A stretch of DNA of 58,301 bases from Leucoraja erinacea (GCF_028641065.1 NW_026575257.1:1-58301); one strand, 5' to 3'. Counted from the first letter of the stretch, positions 37,340 through 50,497 are shown. Numbers and translations are program-made. Notes: generated from the letters alone by a model not told the origin.

Positions 37340-37347
37340 ATTTGCAT
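37340..37347 (-). promoter_or_regulatory. POU octamer ATGCAAAT, ~285 nt upstream of the intact GPCR start codon
   Basis: Perfect octamer, retained in all three minus-strand paralogs. Confidence 0.5.
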
Positions 37348-37389
37348 TCTCTGTTCCCGCTGTAAAGTAATGGTGAATTATCTATCCAC

Positions 37390-37990
37390 ACCCATGTGCT
37401 GATCTAAAAGCCTCTAGATGCTACTTTTACATTAGCTGCCACCATCATCACCAGCATCACGTTCCAGGCACCCGTCACCCTTTGTACACAAACCTGCTCG
37501 CGCACATCCTTTAAACTCTGACCATTTAACCTTAACAATATGCCCTACAATCTCCTCCACCGTGGAGAACGTTTCTGACCTGCTATCCCATCAATAGCTT
37601 TTGTGGCGTTGTATCATTCAGTCTCCTTTAAACCATCGGCATTCCAGATAAAGCATTCCAAGTTTGTCCTGGTTCGTCTCGTGGTCAAAGCTGTCCAATC
37701 CAGGAACAGTCTGTTGAATCTATTCTGCACTCACTCTGAAGCTTTCAAACCATTGCTGTGAATGGGCGAGGAGAACCACACATAATCCTTAACATATGAT
37801 CTGCCCAAAGTGTTATCGCCACTATCATAACATCCTGACTTTTGTAGTCAAACCCCGACTAATGAAGGCCAGCATACCAAACGGCTTCGGTACCATTCTA
37901 ACTACGTGTATTTCTCCTTTTCGGGAACTATCAATGTCGACCATAATTTCATTCCACACACCAGAGCTGTTAACCCCCACGCCACCAACA
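37390..37990 (-). mobile_element. Old degenerate CR1-like fragment
   Basis: Remnant motifs TTCCAGGCACCC..CACCCT and ATGAAGGCCAGCATACCAAA match CR1 copies elsewhere in the window. Confidence 0.5.
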
Positions 37991-38155
37991 TTACAGTTCC
38001 CCTTACATTGACCTCACAATGTGCAAAACTTCTCAGTCGCTTGCAGTAAAACCGGCTGCAGTTTATTGAATCTTGGGGAGGAGGTAAAAGAGGAGGAGGG
38101 GCCACAGTCTCCTTCACCTATTTTCTATATTTCTATGTTTCTAAACGGAATGTGA

Positions 38156-38645
38156 GGTAGCCGGACGTGGCGTCGAAGGACGAGAACCGAAGCAAAGTAG
38201 TGGAAGCCAAATAACCAAAAGGAAACGAAGCCGAAACGTAAAATAACCGAAAGCCTACGAAGCCGAAACGCCAACTAACCGAAAGGGTGAGACGCCTAAA
38301 AGCATCGAAATGCCGCTCTGCCGAAACGCCAACTCAGCGAAAGTCTACGTCGCCTGCAAGCCAACTCACCGAATGGCCGCTCTGCAGAAAAGTCAAATAA
38401 TGGACATGACGTCACGGAGGGCTGGATTTGTCAGCGATTGGGCCAGACCCCTGCGTCCATCACATCATTGGCCGGTGGGGATGGGAGGGAGGGGATCATT
38501 TTCCCACACAAAATATAGGTGACTGGGCACTCTGAACCGGAATACAAGTTTTAAGCGACCGAAGGAGCGCATCCCTCGGGACGGCCCCCAGTCTCCCACG
38601 GCCACAGCCGCCTTCCGCCTCTTCTCCCCCGTGCGGCCGCACTTA
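38156..38645. repeat. 16-bp periodic CCGAA array with GC-rich extension, probable DNA-transposon end
   Basis: CCGAAACGTAAAATAA / CCGAAAGCCTACGAAG / CCGAAACGCCAACTAA...; homologous to 10284-10570. Confidence 0.65.
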
Positions 38646-38887
38646 ACCATATAACCATATAATCATATAACAATTACAGCACGGAAACAGGCCATCTCGA
38701 CCCTTCTAGTCCGTGCCGAACACATAATCTCCCCTAGTCCCATATACCTGCGCTCAGACCATAACCCTCCATTCTCTTCCCATCCATATAACTATCCAAT
38801 TTATTTTTAAATGATAAAAACGAACCTGCCTCCACCATCTTCACTGGAAGCTCATTCCACACAGCTACCACTCTCTGAGTAAAGAAG
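38646..38887 (-). mobile_element. CR1 3' end, (TTATATGG)n tail
   Basis: FFTQRVVAVWNELP; near-identical to 3032-3270. Confidence 0.85.
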
Positions 38888-41800
38888 TGTGATAGAACAA
38901 AAAATAAAATTACTAGAACTGGACAATGCAACTGACCCAACCATGAATAAACATAATAAGATAACTTTATTGAAATATAAAGTCAATAGAATACTATCGG
39001 CTAGAGTAATAAGATTATTCCAAATTACAAAACAAGCACACTTCTAATTTGGGGATAAGCCACATAAACTATTCGCGAGGCAACTGAATCAACGAGAAAA
39101 GGAAAAAACTATTACTAAAATTAAATCGGATAAGGGTGAGTTTCTAACATTGCCTAAGGATATTAATCAGAGGTTTGCCCAATTTTATCATAATTTATAT
39201 ACATCTAAAATAAATACAGATGTAAGTACAATTATAAATGTTTTAGATAATTGCAATCTCCCAAAATTGGATAGTTTAACCATATAACCATATAACAATT
39301 ACAGCACGGAAACAGGCCATCTCGGCCCTACAAGTCCGTGCCGAACAACGTTTTTTTCCCTTAGTCCCACCTGCCTGCACTCATACCATAACCCTCCAGT
39401 CCCTTCTCATCCATATGCCTATCCAATTTATTTTTAGATGATACCAATTAACCTGCCTCCACCACTTCCACTGGAAGCTCATTCCACACCGCTACCACTC
39501 TCTGAGTAAAGAAGTTCCCCCTCATATTACCCCTAAACTTCTGTCCCTTAATTCTGAAGTCATGTCCTCTTGTTTGAATCTTCCCTATTCTCAAAGGGAA
39601 AAGCTTGTCCACATCAACTCTGTCTATCCCTGTCATCATTTTAAAGACCTCTATCAAATCCCCCCTTAACCTTCTGCGCTCCAGATAATAAAGACCTAAC
39701 TTATTCAACCTATCTCTGTAACTTAGTTGTTGAAACCCAGGCAACATTCTAGTAAATCTCCTCTGTACTCTCTCTATTTTGTTGACATCCTTCCTATAAT
39801 TTGGCGACCAAAATTGTGCACCATACTCCAGATTTGGTCTCACCAATGCCTTGTACAATTTTAACATTACATCCAAGCTTCTATACTCAATGCTCTGATT
39901 TGTAAAGGCTAGCATACCAAAAGCTTTCTTTACCACCCTATCTATATGAGATTCCACCTTCAAGGAACTATGCACGGTTATTCCCAGATGCCTCTGTTCA
40001 ACTGTATTCTTCAATTCCCTACCATTTACCATGTACGTCCTATTTTGATTTGTCCTGCCAAGGTGTAGCACCTCACATTTATCAGCATTAAACTCCATCT
40101 GCCATCTTTCAGCACATTTTTCCAAATGGCCTAAATCACTCTGTAGACTTTGGAAATCCTCTTCATTATCCACAACACCCCCTATCTTGGTATCATCTGC
40201 ATACTTACTAATCCAATTTATCACCCCTTCATCCAGATCATTGATGTACATGACAAACAACAAAGGACCCAACACAGATCCCCGAGGCACCCCACTAGTC
40301 ACCTGCCTCCAACCCGATAAACAGCCATCCACCATTACCCTCTGGCTTCTCCCATTCAGCCACTGTTGAATCCATCTTGCTATTCCTGCATTTACACCCA
40401 ACAGTTGAACCTTCTTAACCAACCTTCCATGAGGAACCTTGTCAAAGGCCTTACTAAAGTCCATATAGACAACATCCACTGCTTTACCCTCGTCAATTTC
40501 CCTAGTAGCCTCTTCAAACAATTCAAGATTATTAGTCAAACATGACCTTCCAGGCACAAATCCATGTTGACTGTTCCTAATCAGACCCTGTTTATCCAGA
40601 TGCTTATATATATTATCTCTAAGTATCTTTTCCATTAATTTGCCCACCACTGAAGTCAAACTAACAGGTCTATAATTGCTAGGTTTACTCTTAGAACCCT
40701 TTTTAAACAATGGAACAACATGCGCAGTACGCCAATCCTCGGGGACTATTCCCGTTTCTAATGGCATTTGAAATATTTCTGTCATAGCCCCGGCTATTTC
40801 TACACTAACTTCCCTCAATGTCCTAGGGAATATCCTGTCAGGACCTGGAGACTTATCCACTTTTATATTTTTCAAAAGTGTCAGTACTTCTTTTACTTTG
40901 AATCTCATAGTATCCATCGCTACTCTACTAGTTTCCCTTACCTCACATAATTCAATATCCTTCTCCTTGGTGAATACCGAAGAAAAAAAAAGTTCAATAT
41001 CTCCCCCATCTCTTTTAGCTCTGCAGATAGCTGTCCACTCTGTCTCTCCAATGGACCAATTTTATCCCTCGTTATCCTTTTGCTATTAATATAGCTGTAG
41101 AAACCCTTTGGATTTACTTTCACCTTACTTGCCAAAGCAACCTCATATCTTCTTTTAGCTTTTCTAATTTCTTTCTTAAGATACTTTTTACATTCCTTAT
41201 ACTCCTCAAGCACCTCATTTACTTCATGCAGCCTATAATTATTGTAGATCTCCCTCTTTTTCCGAACAAGATGTCCAATATCCCTTGAAAACCAGGGCTC
41301 TTTACAATTTTTACTGTTTCCTTTCAACCGAATAGGAACATAAAGATTCTGTACTCTTAAAATTTCCCCTTTAAATGTCCTCCATTTCTCTTCTACATCT
41401 TTCCCATAAAACAAAATGTCCCTGTTCACTCCTTTTAAATCATCTCGCATCTCATCAAAGTTAGCCTTTCTCCAATCAAAAATCTCAACCCTAGGTCCAG
41501 TTCTGACCCTCTCCATAATTATATTGAAACTAATGGTATTGTGATCACTGGACCCGAAGTGCTCCCCAACGCATACCTCCGCCACCTGTCCCGTCTCATT
41601 TCCTAACAGGAGGTCCAGCACTGCCCCTCCTCTAGTAGGTACCTCTATGTATTGCTGCAAAAAACTATCCTGCACACATTTTACAAACTCCAACCCATCC
41701 AGCCCATTACAGAATGTGTTTCCCAGTCTATGTGTGGAAAGTTGAAATCTCCCACAATCACTACCTTGTGCTTACTAGTAATATCTGCTATCTCCTTACA

Positions 41801-44800
41801 TATTTTCTCTCCCAATTCTCGTTCCCCGTTTGGCGGTCTATAATACACCCCTATAAGTGTTGCTACACCTTTCCCACTTCTCAATTCCACCGAAATAGCC
41901 TCCCTAGATGAGCCCTCCAATCTATCCTGCCAAAGCACTGCTGTAATATCTTCCCTGACTAGCAATGCAACACCCCCACCTCTTGCCCCTCCAATTCTAT
42001 CACACCTGATGCAACGAAATCCTGGAATATTTAGTTTCCAATCACAGCCCTCCTGCAACCAAGTTTCACTGATCGCCACGACATCATACTTCCAGGTGTC
42101 TATCCAGACTCTAAGTTCATCCACCTTTCTTACAATGCTCCTAGCATTAAAATATGCACATTTAAGAAACCCCCCGTCTCTTATTCTCTGTTTATTTCAT
42201 TTTTTTCTTTCTCCTCTTGTGTCCGAGTGCTTCCCTTTTCTGCTTCCTGCCTCCCATTCTGTCTACTAGCTTTCGCTATTTGAGTCCCTCGCCCCAACCA
42301 TTCTAGTTTAAAGTCTCCCCAGTGCCTTTGCAAATGTCCCCGCTAGGATATTGGTCGCCCTCGGGTTCAAGTGCAACCCATCCTTTCTGTACAGGTCCCA
42401 CCTTCCCCAAAAGAAGTCCCAATGATCCAGAAACTTGAATCCCTGCCCTCTGCACCAGTCTTTCAGCCACGCATTTATCCTCCACCTCGCTCCATTCCTA
42501 CTCTCCCTGTCACGTGGTACAGGCAGTAATCCTGAGATCGTTACCTTTTTGGTCCTTTTTCTTGACTCTCCTCCCAACTCCCTACATCCTCACTTCAGGA
42601 CCTCTTCCCTTTTTTTACTTATGTCATTGGTACCTATATGTACCACGACCTCAGGCTCCTCTCCCTCTGATTTAAGGATATCTTGGATGCGTTGAGACAC
42701 GTCCGAGACCTTGGCACCAGGGAGGCAGACCACCATCCTGGTCTCCCGACTGCGTCCACAGAATCGCCTATCCGACCCCCTAACAATGGAGTCCCCAATT
42801 ACTATTGCCCTCTTTTTCCCCCTACCTTTTGGAGGAACAGGGCCGGTCTCTGTGCTGGAGGCCCGTCCGCTGTCACTACCCCCGGTTAGGCTGTCACCCC
42901 CATCCGTACTCAAACAGGAGTGCTTATTTGCGAGGTGTACCGACATTGGAGTACTCACTCGTTCCTGCCTCTGCCCCTTGCCCTTCCTTAACGTGACCCA
43001 CATGTCTCTCTCCCGTGGTTTTGGAGTGACCACCTCCCTATAACTCCCCTCTATGACCTCCTCTCTCTCCCTGATCAGACAGAGGTCATCGAGCTGCTGC
43101 TCCAGGATCCTAATACGGTCCCTTAGTAGCCCCATCTCGCTGCACCTGGTGCAGATGTGGACGTCTGGAGGGCCATCCGACACCATGACCTCCCACATCT
43201 GACATCCAGAACAGTACACTGCTCTGACTGTCATTCTCCCGCCTTACCCTGGATCCGATACAAGTATAATACAATAGAAACTACTGGGAGAAATCAGCAG
43301 GTATCTGACTCACAACAGCTGCTCCCTCGTGACCTTTAAACTGCAACTTTATTATATAAACAAAAAGCACTGTACCCTTAGTCCATTGTACCCTTACTAA
43401 AGCACTGCTTAGAACAAGAGCAATTAGGAGCACGGATTACTAGTGAAGAAATAAAACAAATAATAAACTCACTGAAAAATGGGAAGACCCCAGGACCAGA
43501 CGGTTTTAGTAATGAATTTTATAAAAGATTTCAGGAGTCAATTGTACCAAGATTATTCAATTTATACACGCAGGCTAATACTGAAAATAAACTACCAGAA
43601 ACTCAAGCAGAAGCACCAATAACGCGTATACCAAAAAAAAGATAAAGATTTAGATGAACCGGGTTCTTATAGGGCTATTTCACTTTTAAATACGGATCAG
43701 AAAATTTTAGCAAAGATTCTAGCTAGAAGGCTAAATAATTATATTAACAATTTAATAAATACGGATCAACCGGGATTTATACCCAAAAGACAATCATTTA
43801 ATAATTTGAGAAGGCTTTTCAATATAATGTACTCTCATAATGAGGACAATGAAGATATTTCAGTTGTCACGCTGGATGCAGAGAAGGCATTTGATCAAGT
43901 AGAATGGCAGTATTTATACAAGGTACTCCAAACATTTAATACGGGAGAGAATTTTATTAGATGGGTTAAATTACTTTACGATAGACCTACGGCGAGAATA
44001 TTAACTAACAATACGCTTTCTCCAAAATTTTACTTATCAAGGGGTAATAGGCAAGGGTGTGCCTTATCACATTTGCTATTTTCCCTTATGATAGAACCGC
44101 TGGCCGAAAGGATTAGAAATCACCCGAATATTCACGGATATAACACTAAGGACTCAAAGAATAAAATTTCATTATATGCTGATGATATCCTTTTATATAT
44201 TACTAATACACAAACGACTATACCCACCTTATTAGCACTAATTGAGGAATTCGGCTCTTTTTCAGGATATAGAATAAATTGGAAATAGTGAAATTATGTC
44301 TTTAAAACCACAGGATTCGAGACACTTACTAAAATTCCCCTTCAAAATTGCAACAGAAAAATTCAAGTATCTGGGTATTCAAATTAGGAGAAGACACAAA
44401 TCATTATTTAGTGCCAATTTTATACCACTATTGAATAAACTGAATGATACGATTACATTTTGGAAAACGCTTCCGCTCTCATTGATAGGTAGAATTAACG
44501 CTATAAAAATGACTTTCTTACCACAATTAATATATTTGTTTCAAGCGATCCCAATATATATTCCAAAATATTTTTTCAAAAAACTAGATTCCGCTATCAC
44601 TAATTTTATATGGGATTACAGAACACATAGAACTCAACGAAAGCATTTGTGCAAATCTAAAGAAGTTGGGGGTTTATCATTACCTAACTTTATGTATTAC
44701 TACTGGGCAGTGCATATTAAGAACATAATGTACTGGCTGGATAGTTCCACTCAGCAGTTGGAGTGGATAAGAATGGAGAAAGAGGAGTGCTATCCGCACG

Positions 44801-46239
44801 ATATAGGAACGATCCTGCTCTCACCGATAAAATTGAATAGTATAACATATAAGAAGAACCCAATTATTCACAATATAATGAGAATTTGGAAACAAATAAA
44901 AGTATCCTTGAAATTAAATAATTTATCAGTACTAACCCCACTATTGAACAACCCCGCATTCAAACCTTCTCTCATCGACAACACATATCAACAATGGGAT
45001 AGATTGGGAATTAGGAAAGTAGGGGATATGTATGAATTAGGCAAACTGTTATCATTTCAACAATTAAAATTAAAATTTAAACTGAAGGATAACCAATATT
45101 TTAAATACATACAGGTAGTTGACTTTATGAAGAAATATACACATAGATTTCAAACTATATTTTAGACCCTTTAGAAGAATATTATATGAATTTAGATGAA
45201 TATTAAGGCTGATTCACAAAAAATAATATCATACTTTTATAATAATATATTAAATAGAGAATCACCCTCAACAGAAGCACTAAGGGAAGATTGGGAACAT
45301 GAGCTAATGATAAAGATCTCGAAGGATAGATGGGAAAAGTATCTGATGAATACACATAACTGTTCTATTAATGCAAGACATAATTGAATTCAATTCAAAT
45401 TATAACATAGACTATATTGTTCAAAAACGAGGTTGAATAAATTTTATCCGAACGTCTCTCTCAGATGCGATAAATGTTTGTTTCAAAACGCTAATATAAC
45501 ACATTCATTTGTAGGATGTACAAAGTTGAATAAATTTTGGAGTGATATATTTGATATATTTACAAAGCTTTTCAAGTCAAGAATAGAACCCAAAACGGAA
45601 TGGATTATATTTGGAATAATAGGAGAAGATGCCAATTTAAATAAAGACCAAAATGTTTTTTTTAATTATGGGTTAATAATTGGTAAAAAAAATGATACTT
45701 AAATTTTGCAAAAATACAACCATACCAACTGTTAAAATGTGGATTAGGAATATGATGGACATAGCACGCCTTGAAGAAATGAGACTCCGACATAGATAAA
45801 TATGACCAATTCTTAAGGATTTGGTCTCCTTTCATCGACTATTTGGAATCATCTGATGCAGTGGTACCGTAAAGATTGCTGATTTCAGTTCATGACGTGG
45901 ATAGACCTACATCTCGGAATACAGATTTGAAAGATTCTCTTTTAAGGGGCCTTCTCCTCTATTTCTACTTTCCACTTTTTTTATTTATTTATTTTTTATA
46001 TACACACTTCACGTTTTTCTACTCTCTACCATCTATTTTTCCACTTTTTCCCCTTTCTATTGTTTTCTTTTTCTTGTCTTGCTTACTTCCTTCTCATAAC
46101 ATAAAACTAGAGGTTGTACATGGAATGGATTACGGTATGACATAGTCGGCACCTAAAATTAGGTTCCACTGTACTGTTTTGTCCTGTATTAACGTCTAAT
46201 AAAATGAAATTAAATTATACAAAAATTTAAAAAAAAAAA
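38888..46239 (+). mobile_element. L1-clade LINE ORF2, 5'-truncated and poly(A)-tailed, interrupted by a CR1 at 39279-43408
   Basis: NLPKLDSL|EQEQL...GKTPGPDG, LDAEKAFD, RGNRQGCALS, LYADD, GGLSLPN, C-terminal CDKC..H....C, then 3'UTR, AATAAA (~46198) and an A-tail at ~46229-46239. Confidence 0.9.
39279..43408 (-). mobile_element. Near-full-length CR1 LINE (~4.1 kb): ORF1 zinc finger and SGNH esterase, ORF2 APE and RT
   Basis: ORF1 CSGC..CTRC, GDSIVR, HIGTND, DGLHLN (43234-42308). ORF2 AISETWL, GDFN, SDH, DFSKAFD, YADD (42124-39448), with a few frameshifts or stops. CCATATAA tail; TTA at both junctions. Confidence 0.93.
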
Positions 46240-46394
46240 CAATTCAGAACAACGCTGGCTTCTTGTCAGTTTTTAAAATATCTCCGAAATACCATTGTAA
46301 ACGGTGGGTATCGCGTGTACCTCTGCCCATAGATTCGTATATTCACAATATGTATCCCTTTGGTATCGGTTTCATCAACTTTCGTTGAGAAAAC

Positions 46395-46705
46395 TTAGAA
46401 ACATAGAAACATGGAAAATAGGTGCAGGAGTAGGCCATTCGGCCCTTCAAGCCTGCACCGCCATTCAATATGATCATGGCTGATCATCCAGCTCAGTATC
46501 CTGTACCTGCCTTCTCTCCATAGCCCCTGATCCCTTTAGCCACAAGGGCCACATCTAACTCCCTCTTAAATATAGCCAATGATCTGGCCTCAACTACCTT
46601 CTGTGGCAGAGAATTTCACAGATTCACCACTCTCTGTGTGAAAAATGTTTCCCTCATCTAGGTCCGAAAAGATTTCCCCCTTATCCTTAAACTGTGACCC
46701 CTTGT
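46395..46705 (-). mobile_element. CR1 3' end
   Basis: Near-identical to 29220-29535. Confidence 0.85.
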
Positions 46706-46718
46706 CACAGTTTAATTA

Positions 46719-46989
46719 NNNNNNNNNNNNNNNNNNNNNNNNNNNNNNNNNNNNNNNNNNNNNNNNNNNNNNNNNNNNNNNNNNNNNNNNNNNNNNNNNN
46801 NNNNNNNNNNNNNNNNNNNNNNNNNNNNNNNNNNNNNNNNNNNNNNNNNNNNNNNNNNNNNNNNNNNNNNNNNNNNNNNNNNNNNNNNNNNNNNNNNNNN
46901 NNNNNNNNNNNNNNNNNNNNNNNNNNNNNNNNNNNNNNNNNNNNNNNNNNNNNNNNNNNNNNNNNNNNNNNNNNNNNNNNNNNNNNNNN
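46719..46989. other. Assembly gap (271 N)
   Basis: Run of N. Confidence 1.
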
Positions 46990-47109
46990 GGTCCTTTCTC
47001 CAGATTCCAGCCCCTTCACATTTTACAGTGTTGCAGCATTTCAGTTTATTGTGTATTCTTTCACATGGAGGCATCGATAGCTGAATGATTAGAAAATTAA
47101 CTTCATAGA

Positions 47110-48320
47110 AGGAAGCAGATGGTGATGGTGGAACGATATTTTTCTGACTTAAGCCTGAAAAACAATTGATGTGATTTAATACCGAGAAACGTAAGATGTT
47201 GCATTTTGGGACATGTAACATAGGAAGGACGTACACAGTGAACGTGAAGGCGCTGGGGCGTGGTCTAGAGCAGAGGGATCGAGGAATACAGGCGCATAAT
47301 TCCTCAGTTCTCCCTGCTACCTTCAGGTAGACGGTACAGGAGCCTGAAGACTGCAACAACCAGATTTAGGAATAGCTACTTCCACACAGCCATCAGGCTA
47401 GCAAACATGGCTCGGACAAAATTCTGATCATTAATAAACCATTATCTGTTATTTGCACTTTATCATTTTATTTATTCATGTGTGTATATCCTTACAAAAT
47501 GCTTAAGGGATTGGACAGGCTAGATGCAGGAAGATTGTTCCCGAGCTTAAGGATAGAGGGGAAATCCTTTAGAACCGAGATGAGAAAACATTTTTCACAC
47601 AGAGAGCGGTGAATCTGTGGAATTCTCTGCCACAGGAGGTAGTTGAGGCCACAGTTCATTTGCAATATTTAAGAGGGAGTTAGATGTGGCCCTTGTGGCT
47701 AAAGGGATCAGGGGGTATGGAGAGAAGGCAGGGATGGGATACTGAGTTGGATGATCAGCCATGATTATACTGAATGGCAGTGCAGGCTCGAAGGGCCGAA
47801 TAGACTACTCCTGCACCTATTTTCTATGTTTCCATAGTTATATTATGGTATATGGACACACTGATCTGTTTTGTAGTGAATGCCTACTATGTTCTGTGTG
47901 CTGAAGCAAAGCAAGAATTTCATTGTCCTATCAGGGACACATGACAATAAACTCACTTGAACTTGAACTTGAAATTTGGCGTCATAAGTAGATAGGGTGG
48001 TCAAACTGCTTTTGGTACATTGGCCTCCATCAGTCTGAGTATCGAATATAGAAGTTGGGAGGTCATGTTGCAGTTATATATGAAGTTGGTGAGGCCAATT
48101 TTACAGCACTGTGTTCTGATTTGGTCATCGTGTTATAAAAAAGAAGTTGTCAAACTGGAAAGAATGTAGAGAAGATTCACAAAGTTGTCAGGATCCGAGC
48201 GCCTGAGCTACAGGGAGAGAATGAGCAGACCAGGACTTTATTTGTTGGAGTTCAGGAGGTTAAGGAGCACTTTTATAGAGTTCCACACATTCAAGTGAGA
48301 GACAGTTCTACTAAATGTAC
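47110..48320 (+). mobile_element. Nested LINE fragments: old CR1 containing a Rex/Babar 3' end (~47305-47972), itself containing a CR1 3' end (~47490-47835)
   Basis: The outer CR1 resumes at ~47973. The Rex piece has LLPSGRRYRS and an (ACTTGA)n tail; the inner CR1 has a TTTCTATG tail. Confidence 0.65.
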
Positions 48321-49740
48321 AGTCCTTTTTGTCCTTAAAATTGGAACAGGCTAGATGCAGGAAGATTGTTCCCGAGTTAAGGATAGGGGGGAAATCCTTT
48401 AGAACCGAGATGGCTGGCCTTTTTTCACACAGAGAGCGGCAGGCATCGTTTAATTCTCTGCCACAGGACAGGTACATGGGCCACAGTTTGGAGGGGCAAT
48501 GGGCCAAGAGGGAGTTAGATGTGCGACCTTGTGTAGATGGGGCATGTTGGTCTGCATTGGCGGGTTGGGCCGAAGGGCCTGTTGTCACGCTGATTTACTC
48601 TGGCTCTGTGTCTGGGCATCTTGCAGTCGGGAGATTCAACACTGAATTCTCCAACCTCAAATAACTCGTTCTTTATTTCTGTCGGTATCAAAATTAACAA
48701 TGTATGTTTCTCCTCAATGTGTCACATTGTTGTCATGTTTATTCGTCTAGTCTTGCCTGCCCAGTACATCTCTCAGTGTAACTATCTGCAACAAATTGTA
48801 CAGATAATGAAACAAATGTTCTTGCCCCTGATAGGTAAACTGCTTGTGGACATTGGCCAGCCATCAGTCAGAGTATAGAATATGAAGTGACGAGCTGAAA
48901 GGGGCAAAGGATATATGAAGTTCCTGTTGAGGCCAATTTTATGCATGTGTTCTGATTTGGTCATCGTGGTATAGTATAGAAGTTGTCAAACTGGAAAGTA
49001 TGTAGAGAAGATTCACAAAGTTTGTCAGGATCCGAGCGCCTGAGCTACAGGGAGAGAATGAGCAGGCCAGGACCTTATTTGTTGGAGTTCAGGAGGTTGA
49101 GGGGCACTTTTATAGAGTTCCACACATTCATGTGAGAGACAGTTCTGCTAAATGTACAGTCTTTTGTCCAGAAAATTGGAATCGAGAACCAGAGAATAGA
49201 GCTTTAAGTTGTAGGGGGGGGTCCTTTAACCCATCAACCCCGTGTGTGAAGCTTTTTATCCACCGGTTGGCAGGCAACGTCTCCTTCAACAAATGTCCTC
49301 TACATGGATTGGCACTTCAAACGTATGGGCCAGTTCTTGACTGTGCGACTTGTGATGTTGGGGCATGTTGGTCTTCTTGGCGGGTTGTATGCTAGAAAGG
49401 CCTGTGTATCTTTGATTTACTCTGTCTGTGTCTGGGCATCTTGCAGTCGGGAGATTCAACACTGAATTCTCCAACCTCAAATAACTCGTTCTTTATTTCT
49501 GTCGGTATCAAAATTAACAATGTATGTTTCTCCTCAATGTGTCACATTGTTGTCATGCTTATTCGTCTAGTCTTGCCTGCCCAGCTCATCTCTCAGTGTA
49601 ACTATCTGCAACAAATTGTACAGATAATGAAACAAAAGTTCTTGTCCCTGCCCTGTAACCCATGTGGACGCAGCCTATCGGAGATGATACGTTTGTTCAG
49701 ACGAGCTGAAAGGGGAAAGGAACAACTTTCCTGTTAATGC
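47990..49740 (+). repeat. ~820-840-bp tandem duplication with mosaic junctions (probable assembly artefact)
   Basis: 48605-48830 is near-identical to 49425-49650, and 48090-48330 is near-identical to 48930-49170. Confidence 0.75.
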
Positions 49741-50162
49741 GTTTCAATGGTGATGTCACCATCTTGTTATTTATCATTGATTTGCCTGTTTTAGTTTCAG
49801 CAAGTTGTAGCAGCTTTCCAATTTTCTGAATTCCAACATTTCCGATGTTCTCGTTTTTCTAAACCAGGAATACCCATGTGCCAATCTAAAAGCCTATTAA
49901 ACGTCGCTTTCATATCTGCCTTCCCCCCCCCCCCCCCCCCCACGCCCTGCGCGGTCCTGGCACCCACAAACCGCTGGTGTGAAGTCACTTTATCCACCGG
50001 TTCCTTTAAACCTTCCCATGTCTCCTTCAACCAATGTCCTCTAATCTTTCACACTTCAAACGTGGAAATAGTTCTTGACTGATTAACTTACCGATGTTTG
50101 TCATCATTTTATATACTTCTTTCAGGAAAATGTATGCTAGAAAGATCTTAATGTATCTTTAA

Positions 50163-50232
50163 TGCCCCTGTCCCACTTAGGAAACCTGAACGGCAACCTC
50201 TGGAGACATTGCGCCCCACCCAAAGTTTCCGT
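50163..50232 (+). mobile_element. Harbinger-like MITE end
   Basis: TGCCCCTGTCCCACTTAG terminus, related to AGGGCCTGTCCCAC at 50943. Confidence 0.45.
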
Positions 50233-50440
50233 TGATGAAAACCACGGATGAGGGAAGGGTCCAGGATGTCACGGGCAGGGATCCAGCTCCTCTCCTCTAG
50301 TCCGTTGCCCTCCCAGTCAATCAGGTAATGGATACCTCTGCACGCCGCCGGGAATACAGCAGCCGCTTCACCATCTACACGGGACCACAGTCGATGATGC
50401 GGGCTGGCGGAGGTAGCACAGGAGCGGGACACAGGAAGCT
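50228..50440 (-). mobile_element. Ty3/Gypsy chromovirus integrase chromodomain relic
   Basis: [35 protein letters not shown] matches the Sushi-type chromodomain pattern YLVDWEGYGPEERSW. Confidence 0.8.
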
Positions 50441-50497
50441 GGAAGATTCACGCTGAGATACATGGAGGTGGGGTGAATACACAACAGACCGGCGGAC

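Noticed and set aside
46645-47359. ORFs spanning the N run
   Set aside because: Gap artefacts.
48621-49737. Duplicated ORF MQSGDSTLNSP...
   Set aside because: Lies in the probable artefactual duplication, starts at TTG and has no domain.
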